A stretch of 64,000 nucleotides of DNA from Microthyrium microscopicum (taxonomy: Eukaryota). Made by a program: the position numbers and the translations under genes. A model generated the notes under the pieces. That model worked only from the letters and a program-made list of their open reading frames with translations, had not been told where the DNA came from and searched no databases. Below, piece after piece: positions 1 to 12,501 of the stretch (within the stretch, counting starts at the first letter, position 1; each line of letters begins with the position of its first letter). The DNA lies in the NCBI GenBank assembly GCA_010405405.1, contig MU004242.1:469751-533750 (forward strand). Reading direction: 5' to 3'.

Positions 1-1077
1 ATTCATGGGCAAGAGCTTTACGCAATCCTCGGTCAGAGTTTCGTGTTCAGCCTCATTGCCGCTCTCGGGCAGATCTTCATTCGCTTCGCCTTGACTACTA
101 GAACGCAGTGCTCGTATTGAAGTACAATCCTCCCAAACGAAGGTATGCAGGCCTTCAATTTGCCCAAGAAAGAGTTCCAGACTGCGAATTTGAGTGTAAC
201 AGTCAAAAAATGCGAGTTTCCTCAATCTCAAAATTGGTTTATCGCAAAATCGGTCAAGGTGTCTTTCTGACTCAGTGTATAAGAAACTGTCATACATATG
301 ATGCACATACAAAGTCTCCAGCCGCGGTAGCAGAAGAAATGAAGTCAGGTTCATTATTGACGACTTGTAGCCGTACACGCAAAGTCTTTCAAGCTCTTGA
401 AAATAGAATCTTCCACGAGTTGCATGAATGATTGCAGATAGAATGGGAGGTTCAGGACATGAAGCGAAGCCGTAGTTGCAGAGAACAAAGTCGAGCGTCT
501 TAAGATTGGGCAGCAAGAGTAGAAATGCTGCTTGACAGAACTCACAGCAGATTTCCTTGCCATATTCCTGGACGTTATCTGCCTCGCACAAGCAATGGCA
601 TCTTTTCAGATCCGAGCCTATGCCAATGGTATCATGGGTAATGTCGAGGTGTGAAATTTCAGAGTTCTTGCGGAGAAGTGATTGATGTAGCTCAGGAGAT
701 TGGGAGCTGTCTTTCCAAAGAGCCCAGCGGAAATCTTTGGTCTGCGTGCAGTCCCATCTTGCGTGAGTCAAGTATCGTAGGAGCAAAAGCTGGTATTTGG
801 CTGGGGCTTGAAGCAGAGGACGGAAGAATGGGAAGGGCATCGATGGTGCACGGTGACTGAAACCAGGTGCTGGTGGTTGTGATATGAGCCTCGTGCACCA
901 GAGACCTGATCCCGGAAGAACCCAATTCTTGCAGAAGTTATGAGATTCAATGAGGGGAATACCGACCGAATACATTCGCTTGCAAGTCAGAATCAATGAT
1001 TGGAAACCCGATGGCTGGCTGAATTGAAGAATGATGAATAGCAGTTCGGTTGGTAGTCGGAGGATGAAATCCTTCAT
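1..1077 (-). CDS. F-box-like / LRR-like protein, 3'-truncated by the window edge; paralog of 6607..8406
   Basis: Not in the ORF track. Manual translation from ATG 1077 is open to base 1 (359 codons): MKDFILRLPTELLFIILQFSQPSGFQSLILTCKRMYSVGIPLIESHNFCK...LLLLPNLKTL...LSAIIHATRGRFYFQELERLCV...FLGQIEGLHTFVWEDCT. It is collinear with the 599-aa ORF. Confidence 0.85.
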   Translation of the reverse strand, partial: MKDFILRLPTELLFIILQFSQPSGFQSLILTCKRMYSVGIPLIESHNFCKNWVLPGSGLWCTRLISQPPAPGFSHRAPSMPFPFFRPLLQAPAKYQLLLLRYLTHARWDCTQTKDFRWALWKDSSQSPELHQSLLRKNSEISHLDITHDTIGIGSDLKRCHCLCEADNVQEYGKEICCEFCQAAFLLLLPNLKTLDFVLCNYGFASCPEPPILSAIIHATRGRFYFQELERLCVYGYKSSIMNLTSFLLLPRLETLYVHHMYDSFLYTESERHLDRFCDKPILRLRKLAFFDCYTQIRSLELFLGQIEGLHTFVWEDCTSIRALRSSSQGEANEDLPESGNEAEHETLTEDCVKLLPMN

Positions 1078-2595
1078 GCTGATAGGCAAGCCTGGCTCCA
1101 CTGGATCCTGCTGCATCTTGTTTGGTTATTGCTCGTTGTCTTCGTAAATGGAACGGTGATGCTACCTCCAGGCGTTCTCGGAATTTGCAGATGCAGCAGA
1201 GAATTTTTATGTTCGGCAGCTGGAGCCGCGTTGGGAGCCTTGGATGATACGACTACCCCACTGTAAGGGAAAGAGCTTTTCAATGGAAGGAGCGACTGTC
1301 GATGGCCAACCTTCCAGCCAATCAAAAGCTATCAATCTCAGCCTTGCAGCCTCCAACACGGCTAGCCCAATCAGGCTAGGCATCAGTTTCGAAATCCTAC
1401 GTCACCAGCATCTCCAAAAGAAATTCCCACGTTCTCTTGCGCCTCCAGTCTAGACATTTGCATGGAGATGTATAGGAGCTATGCGTAACTAGTTTGAGAT
1501 ATAGGAAAAGGTACGCGAAGTAGGTGGTGGCGAACTAAAGATTCCATTTTGCTTGGCTGCGCCACATTCCGCGTGTTTGGAGATGCAGGTGTCGCGTGCG
1601 CTGATGATGGGAAATGCTCGATGGACTTTGATATCAGATCCCGGATGTTATGGTTTGTGGTGCTCGGAATATCGCCTGGTTCAGGGACCGGTCGGCTGCA
1701 GAATGGGTGTAAGTCCGAAAGACGCACTATTAGGATGGTCTTCACTAATAGGATGTTGGGACGCTGTTTGATATATTCGAAAACGTGTTAATTCTTCTCT
1801 ATGAGAGGCTAGTTCTACGTGCACTTGAAGCCGGGTGATCATATTGATGGGATGTAGAACGTTTCGCGGACTGTTGCATAGCACTTAGCTATGAGAAGAA
1901 TTCTTCCCGCTACAACGAAAAAGCGAGAGTTTTGTAATGTCATCTGGTCTTATAGACCTAGAGTACTTGATATCAATACTGTCAATTCCAAGGAGGTTCT
2001 AGGTTCGTTTCTGCTACCTGCCGTTTCGGCAGGCCATCCCATCCATTCCTTCAATGTTTGATTGGCAGAGTTGATCAAGCATCCCCAAAGCGATCCCACC
2101 CGCCCATGCAATAGTGAATACTCGTCAAGAAAAAGCCGTTGTCATGCAAAAGTCGTAAAAAGTAGTGCCCAGCAATACACTAGCCAACGCCAGCTGTGAA
2201 GCTTTTTGCCCGCAGCCGTACTAGGCGTGGAAAAACCTGAAAGTCCAGTTCCATCTCCATGATGGCTGGTGGTATGGGAAGACGCGTTTCCCAGTTTGTG
2301 CCCAAACTATTGGATGTTTGTTCCTGATTGATCGGCAGGATCGTGAGGAGGAGCAGGTGCGGATTTGTGTTCGATGTGGTTTGAAGGTGTAACGGCGACG
2401 CCATCCTGAATATACAAGTCAAAACACAAAACTCCAAGGAGTTGAAACGCCGGTGGAAATGCGATGTAGCAAAGTAGCAAAAAAAGGAGGCTGCAAAATG
2501 GTAAAAGACGACGGATGAGGAGTTAAGCGCAAAGAGGAGGTGTAGCGCGAGGAGGAATGATAAATGACGCAGGGAGGTAGAAATGTCTCGCGCCA

Positions 2596-3394
2596 TCATA
2601 CCAGCCCGTCATATAACGAGAGAGCGGATACGATTGTCTCGTCCCGTCTTGATCCCTCTTTGAATTCGGCCATGTTGAGACTGCCGTCGTCGTTCTTGTC
2701 CATCATGCGGAAGATCTTTCGCACGCGCTTTTCTGGTGTGTCCTCATCTTGAGGTAATGTGACCATGCTGCCAACCTATGAATCGAGTTAGCAGGCTAAT
2801 TGTGCGACAGGTTTGCTAGTGGGTGATGGATTTACCATCTTGTAGATTGCTTCTACTATGTGAAGCATTTCGTTGAAAGTGATTTGACCGTCGCCGTCAA
2901 TGTCGTAGAGTTGGAAAGCCCAGTCGAGCTTGTCCTCCATGTTGCCTCTGCTAGTGACGCTCAAAGCGATAATGAATTCTTTGAAGTCAATCTCGCCTGA
3001 TTTGTCCGAGTCAAACACATTGAAAACATAATTTGCGAAAGCTGATGGATCTCCGAATGGAAAGAATTGCCGATAAATCTTTTGAAATTCTTCTTTAGTC
3101 AAAAGACCAGATGGGCAATCCCGAATGAATCCTAAGGTCCGGTCAGGATAACAATACGCATAAAGTTGATTGGTCGCGACAAACCTTTGTACCACTGCTG
3201 TAGCTCTTTCTTGTCGAATTTAGTTGCCCGCTGGAGTTCTTGCAGGTCTTGTGTAGACAATTTGCTCTGTCTGTTGAAATTGAAAGTTAGCGCCCGGTAT
3301 CAAGATAGCGCCTAAGCATATGTCTAGGCAATTGAGAGGCGAGACCGGGATTTTGCATGGTTGAAGGGCGATATAATACTTACGCTTTACCCAT
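2596..3394 (-). CDS. NCS1: Neuronal calcium sensor / frequenin homolog (EF-hand, N-myristoylated), 4 exons
   Basis: Spliced translation [41 protein letters not shown]...[13 protein letters not shown]...[13 protein letters not shown]...[34 protein letters not shown]. Three GT-AG introns; the first exon is 3394-3384. Confidence 0.96.
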
Positions 3395-4615
3395 GTTGTC
3401 GCACAAATAAGGGGATGATGAAAGGTGGGATTGCGGCGGTTTAAGCTTGAGCTGAAGTGTAGGATGGTAAAGGAAAGTGTTGAGAAGATGTGACAAAGGA
3501 TCAGTTATATGCAAAGGCAGGAATCTAGCGGGGATGATTGCGGAGGCGTGAAGTCGCTTTGGTGGAAGTTGAATGTCGTTGGGCTTGAGAATGAGGCTTA
3601 GACCTTTGATTGTCCCAAAGCGGTTTAGTTCGCAACCAAAGAGCGTAAGAGGGAAGGGGCAATCGCGTACTGTAGATGCGCCTGCCTTCTTTGCCTTTTG
3701 CAACTGCCAACATTAACAATTGCACCGATTGGCAGTGACGACTCTTTTACAGATAACCGTTGCAGGTGTCGGCGCTTGTTAACTTGACAAGTCTTACAAG
3801 TCTTACACCAACAATACCATCCTCAACCCAGCAACAAAACAAAGCTTGCTTGTCTTGTTTCTACTGGCGATGATACTGTCTTGGACTCTTGGTGTCTTGG
3901 TACCTACTTCAATAAGTTAACAACACCATCCCTGACGCTGTGACCTGGCCGCCCCGAATCCCCTGAACTTTGAAATGGCCTCAGCCCATATCTTCTTTAC
4001 TTATCTTTGCAATAGGAATCATCTTGCAAAGCCTCACTTTACTTTATAAATTCATCTCACCGGCATCTCGTGGAAGCTTTGGCTGCGGCTGTGATTTATC
4101 CGCCTGCCTCCGCCCTTAAAACTCAACATCTTCCTCTCGGATTCTGCGGATTGCGCTTCTCTAACTGACGGAATAATTCGCTGATATATCGCGCAACATG
4201 CTTCTCCTGGCCATGGCTATTGGGCGCCTGATTTTCAACTGTCAGAATGTGGCGACAACCTGATAATTGCCTAACTCGCCTCAGGAGCCCCATTTGGAGT
4301 CGCAGACGAAGGCATGTTGTCTACAGGTACGTACCTCGAATGACTTTTAACAATCTCAAGCTTTGTGGCAGTGTTCAGCCTTATGGCCCCGTCACAAGGC
4401 AGTCATAACAAGCCACCTTTATACGGCCTATCCGAGTCGCATACTGCTAAGCGAGATATCTCCGACTCAGCAACAGTCTCAGATTCACCGTAACAATTTA
4501 CAACACAATTGTCAAAACTGCGCCTCAAGGCAGACAAATAACATTATCTACTTTAAAACACCACCACTATCTCACCATTCAACCAATCAAAATAGTCCAT
4601 CTTTATATTTGTGTT

Positions 4616-5767
4616 TCAGAGATATCTCTCAAACGCCTTTGCAGAGTCCCTGATACTTTGATCAAATGGAATCCATCCCTGCCCAGTCGCCTTCTCAACC
4701 TTGCTCGCATCAAAGTAAACACCATCTCTATCATACACATATTCCTTATTGTACCCCTCACCTGGATTTCCAGCTTGAATGATGTCTTTGCGATCTGGAT
4801 ATTCGGCGCGCAAAACATCGGCAATCGACTGGCCAGTCTGCCGTCCGCCGACAACTAGGTAGCGCTGTCCATCGGCTTCCTGGTAGTGCTCGACGGCCCA
4901 GACGTGGATGCGCGCAACATCCCGTACGTCAACATAGGTTTCGCGATTGGGTGATGCATGAGGCTTGACGGGACCGCCGGCGAACTGGGCCCAGACGTGG
5001 ATGTTTGTCTCATTGATCTTTTCGGGAGACGCTGGAGCGACAAGGGCGGGACCAAGGACAAGTCTGTGCAATATCGTGAGCAGGAGTCGCTTGTATTTGA
5101 GAGGGGCGAGAGACACTTACGCTGGATGTGTGGTCGTCATGGCGAAACTGGGCTTCTTCTGCTCACGGAAAGCCCAAAACTCTTTTTCTGCGGCCACTTT
5201 GCTGGCGGCGTAGATTACTGGGCCTGGAGTCTTCGTTCCGAGTTCCTGCACCATTTTCTCGGCAACGCCATTCCAATGGTCGTCGGTGAATGTGTAAGGT
5301 GGCTCCTTTTCTTCAAAGATGGTCGTGATGGAGGAAGTATCGACAATAACTTTGAGTTGTGGACCAGCTTTCTCGATGGCTGAGTTCAGGATTGTTCGAA
5401 CACCACCGACGGCTGTTTTGAGGACAGGCTCTGGATCCGTGAATTGAAGCGAAACCGGAGTTGCCATATGGACGATTGCATATACACCTTGGTATTGTTA
5501 GAACGCGATACTGAAAGCTAAGTCTTTGGAAGTCAACTGACCTTTGACGGCTTCATCGAATGCACCTTCGACTGTGATGTCTGGGACTTCAACAAAGGTA
5601 AGTGCGCCAGAGTCAACGTATGACTTGAGTACTTCTTGCAGTCCCTTGGCTGAGTTGAGAGAACGAACTGTTCCTCGTACACTGAAACCAGCATCGAGAA
5701 ATTGTCCGACAACGTGAGAGGCGATGTAGCCATTAGAGCCTGTGATGAGAACTGTGCCTTTTGACAT
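4616..5767 (-). CDS. NAD(P)-dependent extended-SDR aldehyde/methylglyoxal reductase (GRE2/ARI1-like), 3 exons
   Basis: TGSNGYIA Rossmann motif, VRGTVRS, catalytic YAASK, YVDVRDVA. Introns 5541-5488 and about 5120-5062. Confidence 0.9.
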
Positions 5768-6606
5768 GTTGATGGTTTGTCTGAATTGAAGTTATGTTGA
5801 ATTCGAAGGTTTGCTAGGAATGAGTTTCCTGAGTAGAGTAGAGTAGATGAGATCTGACTATTGTATGCCTGTTGATGAATTTGTTGTATGTCTCCATATC
5901 TACCTACCCCAGGTCTTTATATACCCATATCTCTACTCAATATTGCCCTTTTCTTGCCTTGGTTTTCATGATATAAGCTGACAACAGCATCAATAATCAA
6001 AATCTCAAGTACCTTGATTTCGAAGCCAGCGTGCTAACGACATATAGCACCGATCAACACATGCAGAGAGAAGGGCTGACGATGAACATGTTTTGGGGTC
6101 CAATTTGATTCGCTGATATCGAACCTAGGTTTGTCTGGCATGTTGGTTAACGATTACTCAACTTAAGTCCGAATGAGTTCCTGCTGTCCGAGAAACTTCC
6201 TTATGTCCTGTTTGGAGATCGCTGCTTGTTTGGGTATTAGCCGAGGCTTGGTCATTTTTGGAGTGTTTACTCATGGATGGAAATAGCTGGGGAAATGGTG
6301 TTTATGAACTTCTTGTGTTCAGGGATACGCGATATTTTAATGCGAGAAATTCTTCATCAGCAGGATTTTTTGGCATCAGAATGGAAAGATGGCCATCTTT
6401 TTAAGCAAGGAGGTTGTACTCTAGCCTGGAATGGGGGCTAGGCTCGAGTGCGGCGAAGTAACTCTGCAACGTTTATTCTTCTTCAAAGCTTCTTCTGATA
6501 CAATTATACTTCGTTCGTATGGATGCTGCGCGGCTTACTTTGCCTCAAGCCTGGGATGAATACAATCATATTCTCAGTTCCTTATGATTGAAGACTTACA
6601 TCAATC

Positions 6607-8406
6607 ATGTCAGCAGTCATCCTCCGACTACCGAATGAGTTGCTCTTCAGCATCCTTCATTTCAGCCAACCAGAGAACTTTGAATCACTCATGATGTCTT
6701 GCAAACAAATCTACTCAGTTGGCTTCCCAATCATCGAAGAGCACAACACCTGCAAGGCCCACTCAAGTACTTTACAAGTTATTTCGACATGGGACTTTTT
6801 CTCTACGTTGGTTGGAAGCCCAGCTCATCTTCAAACACCGTTTCTGTCCTACTTCACCGACTTTGTGTGGGACTGCGATGCCAAAGGTAAGAAATGGTTC
6901 GAGTGGCAGGGAATAAGAGAAATCATCCTCCAAGTTATGTCAAAAGCGCCGCGACTACAACATCAAATTCTGAGCATCAGTCAAGAGATATCAAGTCTAG
7001 ATTTCTCCGACCTGGCAGACTCCGGAGTAAATTTCGACATGAAAATGGAATGTTGCGAATGTGACCTGGATATCGACGTTCATACAGGGGAGAACAGTAC
7101 CCATAGCGCGCAAGTCCATTGCTATTTTTGTGAGGTTATGGTGCTACTGTTACTTCCTAACATTAAACGTCTACAATTGAAAGATTATCCTCCACGACGT
7201 GAGATTTGTGATCAGCCTTCAGCCTTGTCCGCTATTGTTCACGCCAGTCGTGGCAGAACCTATCTTCAGCAGCTTGAAGAACTCTGTGTCAATTTTAGAG
7301 GATTTCAGGCAGTAGACCCATCTACCTTGAGTTTGAATACTCTATGGCAACTGTCACCCTTTCTACGCCTGCCGCGACTCAAAAGCTTGCAAATTGGATA
7401 TCTGCCCGATAATCGCGCTGCGGCTCCCATCGACTCAACAGGACACTTTGAATCACTTCAGACTGACGCACTGTCGAATCTGGAGAAGCTAGGCTTCTAT
7501 CTGTCGCGGGCTCGAACAAGTGACCTTGACACTTTCCTGGCTCAAATAATCAAGCTCACAGATTTTGTGTGGGAAGACATCACGCCTGGACCTCACCCCT
7601 TTATTGACAAATATGATAATGACTTTGAAGCCAACTTAGAGTACGTTATTCGGGACGAGAAAGAGATACAGTATTTGAATGAACACGACACAGTATGTCC
7701 ATCATACATCGAACCAGCGCTGTTCGCTTCCGACTTTGGCGAGGAGGAAGAAATGGTCAAGGATAATGACAACCTAGACAAAGAATATGCCGACGACATG
7801 CCGGACGCCGAACATGAACAGGATTATTGGAACCCCAGAAGGCTTGTGGAGATACTGCTTCGCTTCAGCAACACACTGGAGCGCCTAGTTCTAACAGTCG
7901 ATCCCACCAGTTATAAAGACCATTTCATATATGGCCATCATCAAGTTGCAGACTTCAAGGCCTTTACGAAGCTAAGGTACTTAGAGCTGAGCCCACGTAT
8001 CCTTCGCCGACGCAAAACATGCCTCCAGGGAAGGCACAGTGAATATGGAATTCCGTTGTGTCTCACTCAGATCCTTCCCGCCTCTATCGAGACTGTTGTG
8101 TTCATAGCAGATCATCCAGAGTACCCTGCCCTCCATGCGCTCCTAAAAGACCTTCCTGCCAGAACTCACGAACTTCCAAACTTCCACACCATATCCGTGC
8201 AATTCACAAAGGGCTCAGAAGAATGGAGAACGAATCTATACCCATCTTTGACCAGGAAACGACTAGAGCCGCTGGTGGAGGAGCTACGTCGCGAGGGATT
8301 TACCATACATGTCGATGAGTACAAAGACTATTTGAAATTCTTCCGACACAATATCTTTTCTGAGGGTGGTAAAACGCCAAATATGTTATGTCAGCCGCAG
8401 TATTGA
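6607..8406 (+). CDS. F-box-like protein with LRR-like C-terminal region and acidic insert (599 aa)
   Basis: Long intronless ORF; N-terminal ILRLPNELLFSILHF...SLMMSCKQ F-box-like motif; LxxLxL repeats (LPNIKRLQL, LPRLKSLQI, FTKLRYLEL); 'LTQILPASIETV' typical of fungal F-box/LRR tails. Confidence 0.8.
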   Translation: MSAVILRLPNELLFSILHFSQPENFESLMMSCKQIYSVGFPIIEEHNTCKAHSSTLQVISTWDFFSTLVGSPAHLQTPFLSYFTDFVWDCDAKGKKWFEWQGIREIILQVMSKAPRLQHQILSISQEISSLDFSDLADSGVNFDMKMECCECDLDIDVHTGENSTHSAQVHCYFCEVMVLLLLPNIKRLQLKDYPPRREICDQPSALSAIVHASRGRTYLQQLEELCVNFRGFQAVDPSTLSLNTLWQLSPFLRLPRLKSLQIGYLPDNRAAAPIDSTGHFESLQTDALSNLEKLGFYLSRARTSDLDTFLAQIIKLTDFVWEDITPGPHPFIDKYDNDFEANLEYVIRDEKEIQYLNEHDTVCPSYIEPALFASDFGEEEEMVKDNDNLDKEYADDMPDAEHEQDYWNPRRLVEILLRFSNTLERLVLTVDPTSYKDHFIYGHHQVADFKAFTKLRYLELSPRILRRRKTCLQGRHSEYGIPLCLTQILPASIETVVFIADHPEYPALHALLKDLPARTHELPNFHTISVQFTKGSEEWRTNLYPSLTRKRLEPLVEELRREGFTIHVDEYKDYLKFFRHNIFSEGGKTPNMLCQPQY

Positions 8407-9631
8407 GCTCCTGCAAAGGCTTCTCTACTTCGTCACGACTTTGGTCAACAATATTTCCGAAAGTCCAACTAGATCAACTCGACCATGCCAATTTCAAAGG
8501 ACAGATCCATACTGGGCGTCTTCTTTGATGCTGGATGAATTGAATTCCGTATTTGTTTATGCATTTTGAATCATATGCAGTTCCCAATCGTGCAGTGACT
8601 GGGGTCCATTTTGCACCTTGCGGCGAACGCATGCTCTTTGTTGATGACCTCAAAGTACAAAAATACTACTTATATCACACTAACGAACTATAGCCCTTTT
8701 CTTTGCAGGATATTTAAGAAGGCAAATTCAATCGAAGCTGTTTAAATTGACAGTTGCGGGTACAACTTGAGAGACCTGCTCTCGATCTGAGCAAACTTGG
8801 CTGCCGGAGGTCAGGTACAGCACTGGTCTGAGAGTACGGGATCGGGAAGCTGAGGAAAATTCTGGGTCTGTTCTCTTGTCAAGAGTCAAGACCTAAGTTT
8901 GTTTGTTTTGCGAGACGAGACACTATTTCATGCCATGATTGCGATTTGATCCCAGACACTATAACTGAACTTCCAAGCAAGAATCATATCTACCACCATT
9001 TATACTTCCATGAATATCCTAGACTTGAGATATAGAACGTCATCATCAAATTGGCTGGCCGCAGAAATAACACATCATTTTATCAATCTTTCTTGTCAAG
9101 TGTGGCGTTTAATGAGCCTTTGAAAAAGGTCTCAAACTACAAGTGTTTCGCAACTTCAAACCGACATATCTGCAGGCACTCAGTCTGCAAAACACTTTTA
9201 CCGGCTGAAGCATAAGCCGCTGTTACAAGGGTCTTCATCACTAGACTACTCTAGATGGCCTAGCACGAGGATCTTCTTCATCCATGTAGAAACTTTTGGT
9301 CCATCCACTACTCACCTCTCTGTTTCGATAGTTTCACAACCGCCAATTGGAAGTAGTGTTTGTCGCCCTCTCGCATTTCGCCTCCATTTTTCACATATCC
9401 TTCTATCAGATGGCAACATTATATGCAATGGGTAAGCCCCTGTGTTCAGCAATACACAGGGCTTATAGTGTTTCGTTCTCAAGAACAGGAGATATAATCT
9501 TTGTCCTTGGCACTTGCGTGAACGGTTTTGCTTTCGCTTCCTTACCCCATTTTATGGCTTGCTGAAAGATGGATATCTCGTCACTACAATCACTGACGGC
9601 TCGGAGGCATAGACGACCACGGAAATCGAAT

Positions 9632-11077
9632 ATGCTCTGGATTCTTGTGGCACTGAGTGCTGCGTCAACAGCAACTGCGCAACAACTAATAGCTCCACCT
9701 CTACAGCAACCTCCACGACCGCAACCATCACAACAACCTGGAGCGCTTGTACCAGATGCAAATGGAACGATAGTAGTAGGTGGAGTACAGGTATCAACGA
9801 CTCCACCTCTCTATACGGACTTTGATTTATTCAAGAATTCTGGCTTTTTCCCATGCTCGACGAATGGAAATCTATCCGCGGATCCAACTACAAAGAGCTT
9901 CGTTGTGCAGAAGGAAGTAAGCACGCAAAATGAGTTTTGTCAATTTATGGCTGGAATCCCCATCATGATTCCTTCTACGGCTACACAAGAAGCCTTCTTT
10001 CCTTGGTATCCTACAACGATTGCGCAAGCACTCAGCCTGGCAGTCAGTTATATGGGCCTCTTTTTCACATTGCGTTCGGTAGATCGAAGTAGAATGCTAC
10101 CAAATCGGCAAGTACCATGGCACTTCTGGATCCAACTACCGATTGATTTTGCGCGAGTCGTTGCATTTCTTTTCAAGACGATACATGGCTTTGTCGATTC
10201 TTCTCGTTTTGCCTGGCTTAACGTTCTCTTGTGGCTTTTGCCATTGAATTACGTCTATCTTTTTTCGCAGCTTCAGTCATCGCGATCCGCATACTTTGAG
10301 GAACCATACGCAGGCGCAGCCCAACAAATGGCCCTATACCGATCCCAACAAACCGGTCAATTCTCCTTCGTCGATCAAGGATTACAAAAAGAGTACAAGA
10401 TCAAATCTCCAGATTCATACGATGCCCCATCAAACACATTTCGAGGCTTCAGTATCCCTGGAGAGCGACAAAACCGAAGTGCCAAAGGGGCTGGAGTTTG
10501 GACGTGGATCATTATAACTGCAGTCATGTGGTTCTTCTCCTTCGTAGCCATGATTTTACACTGGAGATGGAAATTTGATGCCGGCACAGCATTTTCTCAC
10601 ACCTATTTGGAGATTGAGACAGCGCTCCTGGATCCTAGAACTGTGGCCACTATGCCATTAACATGTTTGCGATTCTTGCAGACAGATACGTTAGCCAACA
10701 ACGATTTTATGACCATGTCGACGGACCAACTCATGTTTTCTCTCATCACAACCTTTCAATTCCTCGTCTCCACAGCTGTCCTTGTCGCAGTATTCATCGG
10801 CCGCCGCGAACCATTCGATCGTGCCTATCTAGTGCTCTGGATCAGCGGCATAGTCACCGTAGTCATGCTCCTCATACCGGCCTTCGCAACAGGTCTCACT
10901 ATCGTCACGAAAGTGCTCAAGCAAAAGCAAGTCATTTCGATGCGCTTCACCAACGACTTGGCCGTCACTGGTGGCTGTACATTTGCTTTCGTCAACATGA
11001 ACAAACGACTAGGATACTGGAACGTTCCCTTCGAGCTAGGATTTCGCATCGCCATGTCATTCCTAGGAGCGTCATGA
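9632..11077 (+). CDS. Uncharacterised multi-pass membrane protein with signal peptide (upstream in-frame ATG at 9569)
   Basis: ORF of 481 aa from ATG 9632 (502 aa from 9569); MLWILVALSAASTATA signal-like start; about 6-7 hydrophobic segments. Confidence 0.75.
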   Translation: MLWILVALSAASTATAQQLIAPPLQQPPRPQPSQQPGALVPDANGTIVVGGVQVSTTPPLYTDFDLFKNSGFFPCSTNGNLSADPTTKSFVVQKEVSTQNEFCQFMAGIPIMIPSTATQEAFFPWYPTTIAQALSLAVSYMGLFFTLRSVDRSRMLPNRQVPWHFWIQLPIDFARVVAFLFKTIHGFVDSSRFAWLNVLLWLLPLNYVYLFSQLQSSRSAYFEEPYAGAAQQMALYRSQQTGQFSFVDQGLQKEYKIKSPDSYDAPSNTFRGFSIPGERQNRSAKGAGVWTWIIITAVMWFFSFVAMILHWRWKFDAGTAFSHTYLEIETALLDPRTVATMPLTCLRFLQTDTLANNDFMTMSTDQLMFSLITTFQFLVSTAVLVAVFIGRREPFDRAYLVLWISGIVTVVMLLIPAFATGLTIVTKVLKQKQVISMRFTNDLAVTGGCTFAFVNMNKRLGYWNVPFELGFRIAMSFLGAS

Positions 11078-11358
11078 TTCACTCCTTATTTCTTTCTTTT
11101 CTTGTATGATTTGACTTGTCCATATTCTATTTATGCTCGGCGCTGGGGATGCTCTTTCGCGAAGATACCAACTGGAACATTCATACATAGCATAGGGAGG
11201 CTTTCATTTATTCATTTTTATACACTATCTCATTATAATCAAACCATTCATTACTCAGAGCCCAACAACCTTTTTTAATGTTCAACCTAAGCTACTTCCC
11301 AATCGTGATAAACCAACTTCATCCGCGACATATACAATCCCCTTCCTTCTACTCAAAT

Positions 11359-11913
11359 CTATCCCTCCCTCCTCTTCTCCCTTCTCCCCCAGCGTTCCTT
11401 CCTTCTCTCCTCCCTCCCAGCCTGTCTCTCCGCCCTGGCTCCCTCAGCCACCGGTCCCATTGCCGCTGTCTCATCACCAGCTTTATACTGCTGTGCGCGA
11501 TCACGCCAGTACGCATGGTTCTCCGCCTGTTTGACTTGCTGGCCTACCAGATTTCCTACCACCAAACCATCTACTAACCCAGCGCCAACGCTGTTGTCTG
11601 TGATGGCTGCGGTGGTCCCGCCGACAAGCATACCGGTATTCTGCATGGGCTGCATGATGTTCGGGGCGTGCTGGGCGGGACCGACGGGCTCTTTTGGCAG
11701 GGTGGTTTTGGGGTTGGTGGACTGTACGGGCGAGATGGTGCTGCGGCGGCGGAAGAGTTTGGTCATGAGAGTTGGTGATTTGGTAGTCTCTGGTTGAGGA
11801 TCAATGGGTTCTACTTGTGATGTGGACTTTATAGTGCCTATTTCTTGAGGCTCGAGAGAGTTTGTGGCTGGCGGGAGGACGCTGCGGCGTCGAAGTTTGT
11901 CTAGGAGCGACAT
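11359..11913 (-). CDS. Hypothetical 184-aa protein with duplicated KL(F)RRRS motif, Gly-rich segment and Arg/Glu tail
   Basis: ATG-initiated ORF; LLDKLRRRS and LMTKLFRRRS internal repeat; GAGLVDGLVVGNLVG. Confidence 0.6.
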   Translation of the reverse strand: MSLLDKLRRRSVLPPATNSLEPQEIGTIKSTSQVEPIDPQPETTKSPTLMTKLFRRRSTISPVQSTNPKTTLPKEPVGPAQHAPNIMQPMQNTGMLVGGTTAAITDNSVGAGLVDGLVVGNLVGQQVKQAENHAYWRDRAQQYKAGDETAAMGPVAEGARAERQAGREERRKERWGRREKRREG

Positions 11914-12501
11914 GACTTTTAAGATAGAGTGTGCTTCGTAAGATCGTGTGGATGATGCAGTTACTGTATCTGAGTTTGAGAAAATATACCAGTCTTTAGT
12001 ACTGATATCTGATGGAGGATCTGCAATAATATCACTTTGAGAAAATGTCTAGAAGGCGCAAGAGAGACCTTTTTCTTTATCACGGCAAAGACCAAAGTTA
12101 CTTGTTTTCCTACAATTGCAGACTGTGCCTTCTTCGAAGCAGGCACAAAAAGAAGAAACCAGGCGAAGCTGGTTTTCTGTGCTGCAAGGCACAGCTGACT
12201 GAGTACGTGATTGGTAGGCACGTTGAAATAGGCGAGAGGCTTTGTGTATACGATGAAGTTTGCTGCACAGTTGAAGCCACTGACGTCGGCCTGCATCGAT
12301 GGAAAGTCAACAAATACGAGCCAAATGCTGGGGTTTTGGTGTTGAGGCATATCTACTTCCTGGCATGTCGTGATAACTATCGTCAAAGAGATACGTATCA
12401 TACACAAGGCGCGCATGAATCGGTCTGTAAAAATGGTTGACGCAATATTCTAATAACCCGAGCATTCAAGACATGACAATGAATGGTTCAATGAGTGCTG
12501 C

